A stretch of DNA of 64,000 nt from Octopus sinensis (lineage: Eukaryota), in contig NC_042999.1 of NCBI RefSeq assembly GCF_006345805.1, forward strand, positions 165,354,001 through 165,418,000. The letters are read 5' to 3'. Positions 37,320 through 51,500 of this stretch are shown one piece after another. Position 1 is the stretch's first letter; every line of letters begins with the position of its first letter. The notes under the pieces are model-generated. The model saw only the letters and a list, made by a program, of their open reading frames with translations. It searched no databases and was not told the DNA's origin. A program made the position numbers and the translations under genes.

Positions 37320-38353
37320 GCTGGTGACAAAGGGCCTCTCGCTCAGAGTAAAAGGTAGACTGTATGATGCATGTATGAACAGCCATGCTACATGGCAGTA
37401 AAACATGGGCAGTGACTGCTGAGGATATGCATAAGCTTGCAAGGAATGAAGCCAGTATGCTCTGCAGGATGTGTAATGTCAGTGTACATACATGACAGAG
37501 TGTAAGCACCTTGAGAAAAAAGATGGACCTAAGAAGCATCAGATGTGGTGTGGAAGAGAGACGACTGTGCTGGTAAGGTCATGTGGTGCGAATGGATGAG
37601 GACAGGTGTGTGAAAAAGCGCCACACTCTAGCGGTTGAGAGAATCTGTGGAAGAGGTAGACCCAGGAAAACCTGGGATGAGGTGGTGAAGCACGACCTTC
37701 GAACATTAGGCCTCACCGAGGCAATGACTAGTGACCGAGACCTTTGGAAATATGCTATGCTTGAGAAGACCTGGCAAGCCAAGTTAGACCATAACCCATG
37801 GCCTATGCCAGCAGTGTAACCAGCCTACTTATGTGTTGCTAGCGAAGACCAGTTGAGGCAAGTGAAATCACAATCAAAATCAAATTCGCTGACATGGCCA
37901 ATGACAGCACCGCCTAACTGGCACCTACACCAGTGGAATGTTAAATTGTTGCCAGGGCCACTGACTGGCTCCCGTGCCGGTGGCACATAGAAAGCACTAT
38001 TCGAGTGTGATTGTTACCAGTGTCGCCTTACTGGCACTTGTGCCAGTGGCATGTGGAAAACAACATTTGAGCAAGGTCGTTGCCAATGGCACTGGACTGG
38101 ATCCTGCGCAGGTGGCACTCAAATACCATTTGAGCATGGCCGTCGCCAGTACCACCTGACTGGCCCTCATGCCGGTGGCACATAAAAGCACCCACTACAC
38201 TCTTGGAGTGGTTGACGTTAGGAAGGGCATCCAGCTGTAGAAACTGCCAGATCAGATTGGAGCTTGGTGCAGCCATCTGGTTTGCCAGTTCTCAGTCAAA
38301 TCGTCCAACCCATGCCAGCACAGAAAGCGGACGTTAAACAATGATGATGATGA
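37320..38353 (+). mobile_element. 5'-truncated RTE-clade LINE (ORF C-terminus, 3' UTR, (GAT)n tail)
   Basis: KGLSLRVKGRLYDAC...GHVVRMDEDRCVKK...GRGRPRKTWDEVVKHDLRTLGL...DRDLWK; tail gatgatgatga at 38342-38353. Shorter 3' fragments near 33730, 34770, 44690, 53780 and 63210. Confidence 0.9.
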
Positions 38354-38593
38354 GCATGAGTAATCAGGGATGTATACAGTTCATTTATTCTGTCACTTAT
38401 ATAAAATTATAGAGATTAGGATATATACTGTATTAAATCTTGCTAAGATAAAGAGTTACATGCTCTCACATACACAAGCATGCACACACACACATATACA
38501 CACAATCTATAGAGATACGCACAGACAAGAGTACACAAACAATTTAAGAGGGTAAAAAAAACCATAAAACATAAGAGAAAAATCAAAGCTCAC

Positions 38594-38783
38594 CCATCAA
38601 CAATGGTGAGGCAAAACTGTGTACGTGGACTCTTCATCCTTGCCTTGACTATCCAAGAAGCACTAACTTGATCAAACATAACAAGATTACTGGATAAGCC
38701 TTCAGGTTGGGAGCCACGATAGTTCACCTTACGCAATGTCCCGCCAGCTACAAAAATCTGATTGTCTCCTGTAACTGCACAAC
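38594..38783 (-). CDS. Kelch-like gene coding exon 2 (GCAVTGDNQIFVAGG...SWIVKARMKSPRTQFCLTIVDG)
   Basis: Acceptor cttttccag|GT; donor GAT GG|gtgag; 190 nt, phase 1 in and phase 2 out; kelch GG and W motifs. Not in the ORF track. Confidence 0.93.
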
Positions 38784-39984
38784 CTGGAAAAGATTCAGTA
38801 GAAAGTCAAACATTAAACAGTTCAGTCTCCTGCACAGCATCTAGTTTTTTTTTTACATGTCAATAGAAATGAAATTTAAAAATTTATTCTATACAGTGTA
38901 TAGTTACCAAATAATCCTCAGCCTGCTGGTTAGAGACCCCTTCCATAGAGGGTGAAGTACATTGTTTCCCAGATACACCCTGGTAACACAGCTCCAAGTT
39001 GCCCACACAGCTGGGTGATCACATGGGCCATACTGAAACAAAGCAGTTTGTCACATGTCCCAGAGTATGCAATTTCTGGTTCATAGCCCATACACTGAAG
39101 CAGTGATGTATGCTGTGTTATGGTGGTAAAAAAGGAATAATTCACCTACTTCATGGGTCCTCTCATAATGTCAGTCCTTTCCAGCTAGGATATATCTATA
39201 GGAACCCTACCCACCTAACCTCTAACCAGAACTTAATGGCAAATTCTCTCAACTCCCACAGCTATCATGTCTGTCATGAGCAACAGCCCTAAAGCAAAAA
39301 CCAGCCCACACCAATCATCCTTCTGTTTACATGACCTTTGTTCCTCTCCTCCTGGCAAGGCCCATTGGCTTTAGCATATATCACATACAATAGGAAAATA
39401 CAGACTAACTATTCACCAATCAAATGATTAATGGTTAATCTTGACCATGCAATTTTTTTTTTTTTTACACATATTCTCACCATAATGAAGTCCCTGTCAT
39501 TTAGCCCTACCTAGGTCAATTGATTGAGCAAGTGTAACTAATCTATTTAGGGATATTTATGACTGCATTATCTAATACTTTTGCTGAAGATGGGAGGCTT
39601 GGTTGCTATTTCCTACGGCTCTCTCACCAGCTTATACACAAAAGTTTTCAACAGATGAAGCATTAGCATTTTTTTTTTATCATGAAATTTGAACACAATG
39701 TACATAAGTAGTGATTAAGTTGCTCTACTGATCAACCAAATAGGAAAATCGTGAATATCAATAGACAAGAAAAGGAGAAAGACAATGTAATTCTAGATAA
39801 CCTTAATAAGCAACAATGCTCAGAGATGGATTATCTCACAACCAAAACATTTATAAGCTATGTCTGGACATTTGATAAATAAAATACTTCAATACAATCT
39901 CTGGGATAGAGCAAAACACTAACAATTGAAAATCTGAACAGTCAAGTTCAATCCCAGTGGTGGTGTTGAAAACAACAATCAAGA

Positions 39985-42009
39985 AGCTATAGTACCTACT
40001 AAACAACTATGTACATTGTTGCTTGGATTCAGCTATAGTACCTACTAAACAACTATGTTCATTGTTGCTTGGATTCAGCTACAGTACCTACTAAACAACT
40101 ATGTTCATTGTTGCTTGGATTCAGCTATAGTACCTACTAAACAACTATGTTCATTGTTGCTTGGATTCAGCTATAGTACCTACTAAACAACTATGTTCAT
40201 TGTTGCTTGGATTCAGCTATAGTACCTACTAAACAACTATGTTCATTGTTGCTTGGATTCAGCTATAGTACCTACTAAACAACTATGTACATTGTTGCTT
40301 GGATTCAGCTACAGTACCTACTAAACAACTATGTACATTGTTGCTTGGATTCAGCTACAGTACCTACTAAACAACTATGTACATTGTTGCTTGGATTCAG
40401 CTACAGTACCTACTAAACAACTATGTACATTGTTGCTTGGATTCAGCTATAGTACCTACTAAACAACTATGTACATTGTTGCTTGGATTCAGCTATAGTA
40501 CCTACTAAACAACTATGTACATTGTTGCTTGGATTCAGCTATAGTACCTACTAAACAACTATGTACATTGTTGCTTGGATTCAGCTATAGTACCTACAAC
40601 TAAACAACTATGTACATTGTTGCTTGGATTCAGCTACAGTACCTACTAAACAACTATGTACATTGTTGCTTGGATTCAGCTACAGTACCTACTAAACAAC
40701 TATGTACATTGTTGCTTGGATTCAGCTATAGTACCTACTAAAACTATGTACATTGTTGCTTGGATTCAGCTACAGTACCTACTAAACAACTATGTTCATT
40801 GTTGCTTGGATTCAGCTATAGTACCTACTAAACAACTATGTTCATTGTTGCTTGGATTCAGCGAAAGTACCTACTAAACAACTATGTTCATTGTTGCTTG
40901 GATTCAGCTACAGTACCTACTAAACAACTATGTTCATTGTTGCTTGGATTCAGCTATAGTACCTACTAAACAACTATGTTCATTGTTGCTTGGATTCAGC
41001 TACAGTACCTACTAAACAACTATGTACATTGTTGCTTGGATTCAGCTATAGTACCTACTAAACAACTATGTACATTGTTGCTTGGATTCAGCTATAGTAC
41101 CTACTAAACAACTATGTACATTGTTGCTTGGATTCAGCTATAGTACCTACTAAACAACTATGTACATTGTTGCTTGGATTCAGCTATAGTACCTACTAAA
41201 CAACTATGTACATTGTTGCTTGGATTCAGCTATAGTACCTACTAAACAACTATGTACATTGTTGCTTGGATTCAGCTATAGTACCTACTAAACAACTATG
41301 TACATTGTTGCTTGGATTCAGCTATAGTACCTACTAAACAACTATGTTCATTGTTGCTTGGATTCAGCTATAGTACCTACTAAACAACTATGTTCATTGT
41401 TGCTTGGATTCAGCTATAGTACCTACTAAACAACTATGTACATTGTTGCTTGGATTCAGCTATAGTACCTACTAAACAACTATGTTCATTGTTGCTTGGA
41501 TTCAGCTATAGTACCTACTAAACAACTATGTTCATTGTTGCTTGGATTCAGCTATAGTACCTACTAAACAACTATGTTCATTGTTGCTTGGATTCAGCTA
41601 TAGTACCTACTAAACAACTATGTTCATTGTTGCTTGGATTCAGCTATATACCTAGTACCTACTAAACAACTATGTTCATTGTTGCTTGGATTCAGCTATA
41701 GTACCTACTAACTAAACACTATGTTCATTGTTGCTTGGATTCAGCTATAGTACCTACTAAACAACTATGTTCATTGTTGCTTGGATTCAGCTATAGTACC
41801 TACTAAACAACTATGTACATTGTTGCTTGGATTCAGCTACAGTACCTACTAAACAACTATGTTCATTGTTGCTTGGATTCAGCTATAGTACCTACTAAAC
41901 AACTATGTTCATTGTTGCTTGGAATCAGCTATAGTACCTACTAAACAACTATGTTCATTGTTGCTTGGATTCAGCTATAGTACCTACTAAACAACTATGT
42001 ACATTGTTG
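39985..42009. repeat. 46-bp tandem satellite, about 44 copies, intronic
   Basis: Unit AGCTA(T/C)AGTACCTACTAAACAACTATGT(A/T)CATTGTTGCTTGGATTC; unit starts at 39985 and 40031. Confidence 0.98.
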
Positions 42010-42270
42010 TTTGTATTCAAACAATTCAAATTATAAATTGTCCTTTCTAGTGCTTTTCAATTCATGAAGTAAAAAAATGATTTCTCAGTGACTATGTGAC
42101 CATCAGGTTAAAATAAATCTCAATATTTTAGCATTCTATAGATTCTCTTTATTGAAATATGCTTCAGTAACTTTAGTCTGAAGAAATTATGATGTGGAAA
42201 AAAAAAAAAAAAATCAACCAACATTTTCTATAGCTATAAATTATAAAATTAATCCAAGTAACTGATTAAA

Positions 42271-42651
42271 TATTTACATTGGACGGATATTTGTCCTCAT
42301 CTTGTTTGTTGTTAACACGTTTTGGCCGATATACCCTCCAGCCTTCATCAGGTGTCTTGGGGAAATTTCAAACCTGGGTTCTCATTCCTAAGGTATTTTT
42401 CACTGTCATTATTATTCATGTCTGCTTGGAATCAAACTCGGAATCTTGGGGATAAGAACGCGGGCTACTAACCTCAAGATTCCGAGTTCGATTCCAAGCA
42501 GTGACCAAACTAATATCGAAAAATACCTTTGGAATGAGAACTCAGGTTCAAAATTACCCCAAGACACCTGATGAAGGCTGGAGGGTGTATCAGCTGAAAC
42601 ATTGTGTTAACAACAAACAAGATGAAGACAAATATCCGTCCAATGTAAATA
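42271..42651. mobile_element. Head-to-head inverted pair of a tRNA-headed SINE whose body carries a hammerhead fold
   Basis: Arms 42271-42451 and 42472-42651 are reverse complements; anticodon-arm-like gggCTACTAAcc plus B-box GAGTTCGATTCC; CTGATGA...GAAAC in the body. Confidence 0.8.
42563..42608 (+). ncRNA. Decayed minimal hammerhead fold in SINE body
   Basis: GACAC-CUGAUGA-A-GGCUG(gaggguguau)CAGCU-GAAAC-AU-U-GUGUU; stem I GACAC/GUGUU; stem III ACAU where ACGU is expected. Confidence 0.65.
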
Positions 42652-43677
42652 ATGTACATAATTCCTCATCTCTTAAATATAGAACTAAGATTTAATAGTA
42701 TAGGCGTATTATTTGGAATGCACCTTTTTCATTCAGACAACCTTGAATGTGAGCAACAACATTCTGAACCATGGTGGAAAGAGTACATGATGCAGGGAAG
42801 GTTGAGTATCTGTGCAAGAAATAACAGCACAATCTAGATACTACATCCAGTAAAACAGGCTTGGTTTTCATAAGTTTCAGGAATTTTAAGCCTAAGAAAC
42901 TAAGAAATCTAATATAAATCCCATCCACAAATGGAAACAAGCTAAAATGTTACAAGTGATGTCACCGTTTGGTCTGATTTAAGCATATTTGAGGAAACTG
43001 GTTATTAAAAAAACAAAAACACCAACTTGAACAAAAGCACGTGCTCTTATTTCAAGTATGCTGGAAATACATACAACAGCTGTTGACCAGTCAGTATTGC
43101 AAATGGTGTATAAATATCATTTGCAATAGTGACTGGTCAACCCATTCACTGCCAAATAACTTTTCAAAATTTGTCAAATTTCTTAGCCGTCTGCTGTATG
43201 CAACTGCACTTAATAACATCTACATTCATTTTCTCAAGTAAAATGCTTGTTGGCTTGTTTGTTGTATACTGACCCAACATGAAGACAATGTGCCAATGAA
43301 GGCCAAACATTGAACATCATTAATATTCTTTCAAACCCTGCAAAATGTAACTTGAAATTAAACAAAAATACAAGAAGAAATTTTTTTAAACATTCCAACC
43401 ATTTGCTAGCCTATAAAACCTTTTGCTAAAAAATGAGAAGCTAAAAATAAATGAATAGTCTGATAGAAATTCCTTCTAAAGTTAAATTATAAAGAATAGA
43501 CATTGAAAATTTAGTGATGGATAAAGAGAAAAATATTTCAAAATTAAATTGATGACTTAACAGGTGACAAAGCAGTTGACCATTCAGTCAATACTGAATA
43601 TAGCCATAAAAATATGAATCAACTTTTATGGTAGATAAACTACAATTTTTTACTATAAATAAATTTGCTGTATAATA

Positions 43678-43730
<53 letters not shown>

Positions 43731-44689
43731 CTCCTTTACAAAAGAAACTAGCTAACCAAAGTTTATGATATGATCTGTACAACTTGGGAATTTTCCATTT
43801 CATTGATGTTAATTCTTACAAGCTAAGTTTAGAAATGCTGAAAATTTTGAAAATTACTTATAAAAGCAAATGTACAATAAAGATAATTCTAATTTAGGCA
43901 CAAGGCCAGTAATTGAGAAAAGGGAGTTAGAAAATTACATCAACTCAGCACTTCACAGGTACTTTGTTCTATCAAGATCAATTTCGTCTATCCCTCTGGC
44001 TGACCTTGATGGGAGTTGAACTCAGAATGTGGAGTGGTAGCAGAAATACAAAGGATTTTTTCCACCATCCACTAATAATGATTTCAAATTTTGGCACAAG
44101 GCAAATTGATTATATTGAGCCCAGATCTCAATTGGGACTTATTTAAACTCAGGAACATACAGATGGACATAAATAGCCCTAAGCTCACTTAGTGGCAAGC
44201 TGGCAGAATTGGGAGTAAACTGGACAAAATGCTTCATGGTATTTTGCCTTTCATACTTTCGGGGTTGATAAATTAAGTACCAGTGAAACACTGGGGGATG
44301 GAGGGGGTGATGTAATTGACTTGACCCCTCCCCAAAAATTTCAAGACTTGTGCCTATAATAGAAAGGATTACTATTATGATAATAGTAACAATTTGTCAC
44401 AAGGACAGTAGATAAGGAGGCATTACAAGGACAAATTACAAAGATTGTAGGAGTTTATGCAGAAAACAGACAGTACAAAATGAGCTGTACCATAAAGACA
44501 GCTACCAATCAAGGAACCCCACATATCCAGGACCAATCAAGGAACCCCACATATCCAGGATTAACCTGTGCCCTCATTCAGTGGTGTTGCATTATGATAT
44601 GGACCAAAATTTTTAGGGAAAAGGTATGGATAACTGATTGAATCAAACATAATATATTCCTGGTAGTTATTTTATCAACATAGAGGGAA

Positions 44690-45060
44690 CCTTGGAAGGG
44701 TTAGACTCAAGGAGATATGGGATGAAGTGGTGAGAAAGGATCTTCAGATGCTGGGCCTCACTGAGGAGATGACAAGGGACCAAAATTTGTGGTGATTTGC
44801 TGTACTTAAGACACATCAAGCTGAATAAAATCCCAGCCATCCATCCATCCAGGCATGTCGTTTATGGCCATACCCTGACTCATCTCAGCTGAGAGATCTA
44901 TGTGTTGCAAGTGCTGGTACTGCATAGTGTGCACCCATGCTGGTGTTGAGTAAGAAACTGTAAGGTGGTTGGCAGAGCCTGGACAGCTCTCCAGCTGACC
45001 AGTCCCTATCAACGGTCGAACTTATGCCAGCATGGAAAACAGACATTAAATGATGAGGAC
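44690..45060 (+). mobile_element. RTE LINE 3' fragment
   Basis: WDEVVRKDLQMLGLTEEMTRDQNLW-like reading plus tail catgccagcatggaaa...aaatgatgag. Confidence 0.75.
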
Positions 45061-45523
45061 TAATAAATGGTTAATTTGGCTCGTGTAAATTTCAGTAAAA
45101 AGTAGTTTCTAATATAGGAACATGGCTACAAATTTTAGACGATTTGATTCATCAACTCAACAACTGAGCTGCTGCTGCTGCTTCTTATCCACTCCACAAA
45201 TCAAATAAAAAACAAAATCCAATGCCAGTAAGATTTGAACTCTGAATGTAACTAACAGAAAATCATTTAGTACTGCACTATCATTTCTACCACCGAAACA
45301 TCTTGGAATAATAGAACAGCAGTTTCAAAAGCATTACAAAAGCTATCGGAACAATTCCTTGCCAAAATAAAGAGAAATAACCTAAGTTAACACAAGCCAT
45401 CATAAATATCAAAAGAAACTAGCATCTATAAACATGCTCAGAGAAAATTGTTTTAATAAATGGAAGTCAAGAAAATTCCAATTTAACTAGGTTCACATAC
45501 TTTCATAAGTCTATGTATTATAT

Positions 45524-45574
<51 letters not shown>

Positions 45575-48500
45575 CCTCATCACACTTGTGAAAACTTGAA
45601 ATGAACTGTTATTCAAAAAATGCTACCCAAATAATATTAGTTTCAAATTTTGGCAGAAAGCCAGCAATTTCGAGAAGTGGGCAAGTTGATTACATCAACC
45701 CCAGTGCTCAACGGGTACTTAGTTTATCAACCCTGAAAGAATGAAAGGCAAAGCTGACCTCACCAGAATCTGAACTCAGAACATAAATATTAACAAAATG
45801 CTACTAAGCATTTTGTTCAGCACAGTAACGATTCCATCAGCCTGCTGCCTTGTTACCTGAATAATATTGAAGGGACAAATACTCAGGTTCATATACTAAT
45901 TTATTTATATCAAATCAAATGGCAAAATACTGACAAATATTTTTTGGTTGCACTAGAAAAAAACCCCATAAAGGTATTTCAATGACTAAAATGTTATCAA
46001 GAAAAGGGTATCTTTTCAGTGAAACAGTTATGTGTAATGAATAACCCTATCCAACTGCCCAGGTGTCAAACTCCTAACCTTTCTAAAAATAACATTCCTT
46101 ATATAACCAAAATCACTTCTAACCAGATGAATGCAATATTTTTCTCGATCTTTTTATCGTGCAGTTGACTGCTGTTATCCCTTGTTTTTGAATAGTGATT
46201 AATTTTCAAACCAATCTAAATATTTAGAAGCCAGAAAGATATTTATCAACTCTGATAAGTGAAAGAATTGGACCAGATATATAGATGATAGTCATTGTAT
46301 CAACACAGATCATAATGTGATGTAAATTTTAAAAGTTAATCTTCAGGGAATCAAAAGGTATTTTTCCCCCAGAATAATCTATATTTAAAACACATTCACT
46401 GGGTAGAAATCAGTATTAAAAAAAAGTTATGGTTAGTTACATACATTAAATGGAAGAAGGTAATTGAAAAACAAGTGCAATTTTGAAAAATTCTGTTGGT
46501 GGCATTTTGGAATAAGTAATTCTACCCTTACTGTGCTTTTTTTCTTTTTCTTTACAACATAGAAATCTGAAGAAATTTAAAAGTAAACATGATTCTGCAA
46601 AAATAAAATCTTTTCAAAATTTCAAATGTACTGCTGGTTATAACTTTATTTTTCTTCGTTTTAAACAGTCTACAATTCAGCAGGGAAAAAAAAATGTTTC
46701 AATTTTTTCTTAGACTTTTTAATGGTCTTCAGAGTTTAAGTTTTGCAACTTTGGATTCAGAATCTGAAAAATATTTTTTTTGATAAAAATATTTTTCTTC
46801 TCATTATGCAGCATTTTGTTTTTTAATTTGATTAAAATATCAAGTGTATTCAATATTGAAAGTATTACTTTAATGTTTTCGCTTTATATGATGAAAGTAA
46901 TCCAATTAATGAAATTTTGGAACATAATACATAATGACAAATACAAAAGGATAGTTTTGAAAAAAGATTTTTTGTAGCATGTTATAAATGAATTAGACAA
47001 AAAATACAAACTATTGGGGATAGATATTAGAATTATGGTTTTAAAAACTTGTGAATTAGCAATAGGTTTATCACCTGTCATACTATAAGCTTCTCTGTAC
47101 AATGCTTTACCCACATATGCTTCATATCACTGGTTGATCCTGATTTACATTTAAAATCTCTGAAAGCTTCAATCTTTTTTTTTTTTTTTTTTTTTTCAAA
47201 GAAAATTTTCTTAAAACAAGTGTAAAATGAAAAGGAATGAAATGGAATTAAAATTTTGATATGCTAATTTATTTTGGCAAAATTGCTATTTCCCTAGTCA
47301 AAAACATCAGTATCTGAAGAGAAAAATGTAAAGCGGTGGGGTAGATGACCTACACCTCTGCTGGTTAGTCAGGTTATTATTACTTGGCAACTTATTGGTA
47401 GAGATGATTGAGCCAAGTGCAACGTCATCAATAATCACAGCTTTAAGTCACTGTAGTGCAATTAGGCAAGTGTTTAATAAATGCAAAAAGATACACAACT
47501 GTTAAACCTTGCCTACCCTGCCAACACTTTCTTTTTAACCATTTTGAAACTAACCAACTTGAGAGTGTCTGTCATTCTATGATACAAACATCAAAGGGAT
47601 CTAAAAATTTTCCATCAAAATTTCATGCTAGTTTATGTTAATGACAAAGATACTTAATTCTTCATTAAGTAATGTATTTCAACAGAAATATGGTATGAAA
47701 AGGGCTTCCCTCTGAACCTCATGGTTAAGACCGACTAACAAACTGTCTCATTACACTTGTGTGAAAAATTTCACATTATAACCATTGAATTGCTACTACA
47801 GTAACAATTATTACTCTTCAGTAGATGCAGAACAGATCACTGGTGCTTTACACAGAAAGTCAAAGACTTAAATGTGACAGTGTTAATTCCATTTTTTCCA
47901 GAAATGTATCACTTCATAGAGAAAATATCTTTCAGCACTTTGAGCAGCTCTAAATAAGATATCTTTGAGATTGCTGAAATGCTTTAAGTGTGCATGCACA
48001 CAAAGACACACAGCTTGTGATTGGCAATAATGTAGTTTGCTTATGAAAACCTAAATTGTTCAGTATTTCTATTCATGTAGTAGTCATTTAGAACTGTTAT
48101 GAAACATGACACAAAAATAGTGACAGAAAGAAAAAAGAAAAAAAAACAACTAACATCCTTTTTCAAAGAGAGAGAAGATATAGGTTTTATCACCTATGTT
48201 GTAGTTAGAATGTAAGAAAAGCATATTGAAGCTTTCATTATTGAATGCACATTGCTTTTCATTATTTAGTTTGATATTTTGCTCTGGAAAATATTTGGAA
48301 AAATTCTTGTCAAAGGGTAGGTACTATATAAAAGCTTTCATTATTAAAACATATCTATTTATTTTGGTTGGATATTTTGCTAAAAAAAAGAAAAATAATA
48401 ATGGTTGCAAATTTTGGAACAAGGTTAGCAATTTCAAGGGAGGGAATGAGTCAAATACATCAACCCCAGTACTCAACTGGTATTTATTGTTATCGAGCCA

Positions 48501-51500
48501 GAAAGGATGAACAGCAAAATCGACCTCAGCAGAATTTGAACTCAGAATGTATAGACGGACAATATGTCACTATACACTTAGTCCAGTTTGCATCATTATG
48601 TTTAATATTTTTGTGAAAAGAATTTTGTAAAACGTCAAAAATTAAAGTGGTGTAATTGAAAAGATTGGAAATAATTTCTTTTATGCACAATCATAATCTG
48701 GGATGAGTGTTTATTTCAAACATCAGCAAAACAAAAAGTTTCCAAAATTGAAATCTTTTTTTTTTTTTGTTCTCTCGCACATTCCTTCTAAAGTATGCAA
48801 CCAGTTGTAGCTTTTCTGTTTTGACTTCTTTCAAAACCATTTTACTAAATTAGAGGTTTTAAATTATTATGATTCTGGTGGGGTTGAAATTTTTTTTTTT
48901 TTTTTTCATAAATTACATTCTTATGCAGAATCATAATCTGAAATCCAATTCACAAAAAATGTTTGGGAAAAATAAATGTAAACATTACATTTGAATTGTC
49001 TGAAACAGGAGTTTGGAGAGACAAGAAAAATTTCAAAAGGTGGGTGCATGTGTGTATGTGCGTGCGTGTGTGTATGTGTGTGTATGTGTGCGTATGTGTG
49101 CGTGCATGCGTGTGTGTGCACCTCATAATTTCCTGTATTTAAACTAATAAAAAAATGGAGAGGTTATAGCCCGTTGGGTACTTCAAAACAAAATGGGAGT
49201 TAAAAGTGTTAAAAGTGTCTTTTTTAAAAACAAATTTTAATCTGTTCTTTTAAATAGTAATCTTAGAAAATTACTAAGAGATAAAAAGAGATAGGGTGCT
49301 TAATCCAAAACTTCACACTTAAAATAAATCATACCTGAGTAAAATAAAGAAACAAAATATTTCTTCATTAATACAAAATCCTGGTAAACTGACTTTAAAA
49401 TGCTTTTATCTCACTTCTTACAACAAAAATGGTTTAGTTTGATTTTCAATAACAGCCTTATAACATTCAAAACCCATACATAGAAATACCTTACAGTAAC
49501 CATATCCAGCAGTGAAGCCATAACACTTCCCAGTTCCTAGTCATTCAATGCTTGCAAAATGGATAAAAATTCTCAACATTCTAGAATTCTCATTCTAACA
49601 GCTGAGAACAATGACATCTGCAACTATTTTCATTAAAGTTATTTACCAAAGATTTATTGCTATTTCCATCAAACTTCATTATTTTCCAGGTTTGCATAAA
49701 GATATTTATCAAAATTTAATTCAATTAGTCAAGCTCATTTTCTCTTAAATCTAGATATTACACTGTTGCCGAGTTCTGATATTTTTTTTTTTTTTTGTCA
49801 CAGTGGTCAATAAATAACCTGACTAAAATTGACAGACACTCTACAAGCACAACTACCAATTTTTAGCACTTTCTTACATTTTTCAGATAGCTATGACTCA
49901 TTTGGAATTGTGAGTCATTGACAATTTTAGTTAGTTTTACCATACTTTGTCACAAACACTTCAGGAGATCTGCCATTTTCACTTATTTGTGAAAGCCTAA
50001 ATGTTACTGCATTCAGACTTTCACATCTTTTCATCACCATCTACCTATTTCAGCTCTCATCAAATACCTAACCCTACTAAATAGCATGGCTAATATGACC
50101 ATCCAGCTGGATCACATGAGTTCAAACTTCCAACAACAGGTATTTTATATTATATACTTAAAATCTTACATGCCTAATGTGTGTGTACAATCATTTTAGT
50201 GTCCACTTTTCCATGCTTATGTAGGTCAGACTTTACTGAGGCAGATTTTCAATAGCTAATGCTCTTCTTGAGGCTAACCTTCACCTGCTATCAAGCAAGG
50301 TAATATTTCCTCAGACATGTCCTTGCAGAATATTGGAAATTAATGACATTCATTGTGCAATATCAAGAGAAGGAAACAAATGTACACACACAGAATGGGC
50401 GTCCGTTTCCATCTATCAAATATGCTCACAAACCTTTGGTCAACCCAAAGTTATGGTTGAAGAGACTTGCACAGTGGGACTGAAATTGAAATCACACACA
50501 CACACACCACACACTGCAAGAAGAGATGTGCATAATCAACAAAAAAGATTCTTTAAAAATTCTGGAAACGATCAACTCATGTAATTTATGCAACCCCTAA
50601 AGAAGAATATTTTTATTTTCGTAAAAAAGGTCATAAATTACATGGGGTTTTATGGTACTTATTTTAGTGACCTCAGAAAGATGAGTGTAAAAGTTAAACT
50701 TGGCCAGATTTGAACACGGAATGTAAAGGGATGCAATTAAATTCTATATTGGACTTTTTTCCTTAACACTTTACAAATCCTACCAACCATTATCATAAAA
50801 TTTTAATATTAAATGACTGCACTTGTTATTTTGGTGAAAATTAAGGAACAGTTGTCACTTTTAAAATGTGTGTGTGAGTTCAATTTTCCCTGGGTGACAT
50901 GACAATTTAGGGTAGCAGTCTGGCAGAATCATTAGCACACCAGGTAAAATACTTAGCATTTCAGCTGTTCTTCAGATTCTGAGTTCAAATTCCACTGAGG
51001 CCAATGCCTCTACGGCGGTTTTCGGTTATTCTACCTTAAGCTTTCTCTTAGCTTATATTATTTATTTAGGCTTTTCTCTGAGTAAGGGAAAATATAATGA
51101 TTTATCGTCACTTATACTCAAGTGTTATCATTCTATCTAAAACCCTAACTGCAGTTATAACGTCATATAGACATATACGCATGGAACGCTACATCAACGA
51201 CCATGTATGTTGAATATTTTAATCGTGTCCTTTAAACCGCTATAAGAAACATAAATCAAAGATTACAGAAATGCATATTTATCTATGCTCAGTTGAAAAA
51301 CAAACGTGAAGAGAAACATTTTCTTTTTAATTATTTTATTTATATAAATATAACATTTTATATTTTTTTACAGTAAGAAAGATACTTTCGTCGTGGAGAA
51401 AAACGACTATAAATTCCTTAGCTAATTTCTTCTTTCTATCTAATATATTAACCAACAGATCAAAATAGTTTTGCGATTAACTTGAACATGGCATAAAAAT

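Noticed and set aside
39985-42009. CRISPR-like array
   Set aside because: Units are contiguous with no unique spacers, no cas genes, and the context is a eukaryotic intron.
42452-42500. tRNA gene
   Set aside because: Only anticodon-arm and T-arm-like parts are present, with no acceptor stem; it is a SINE head.
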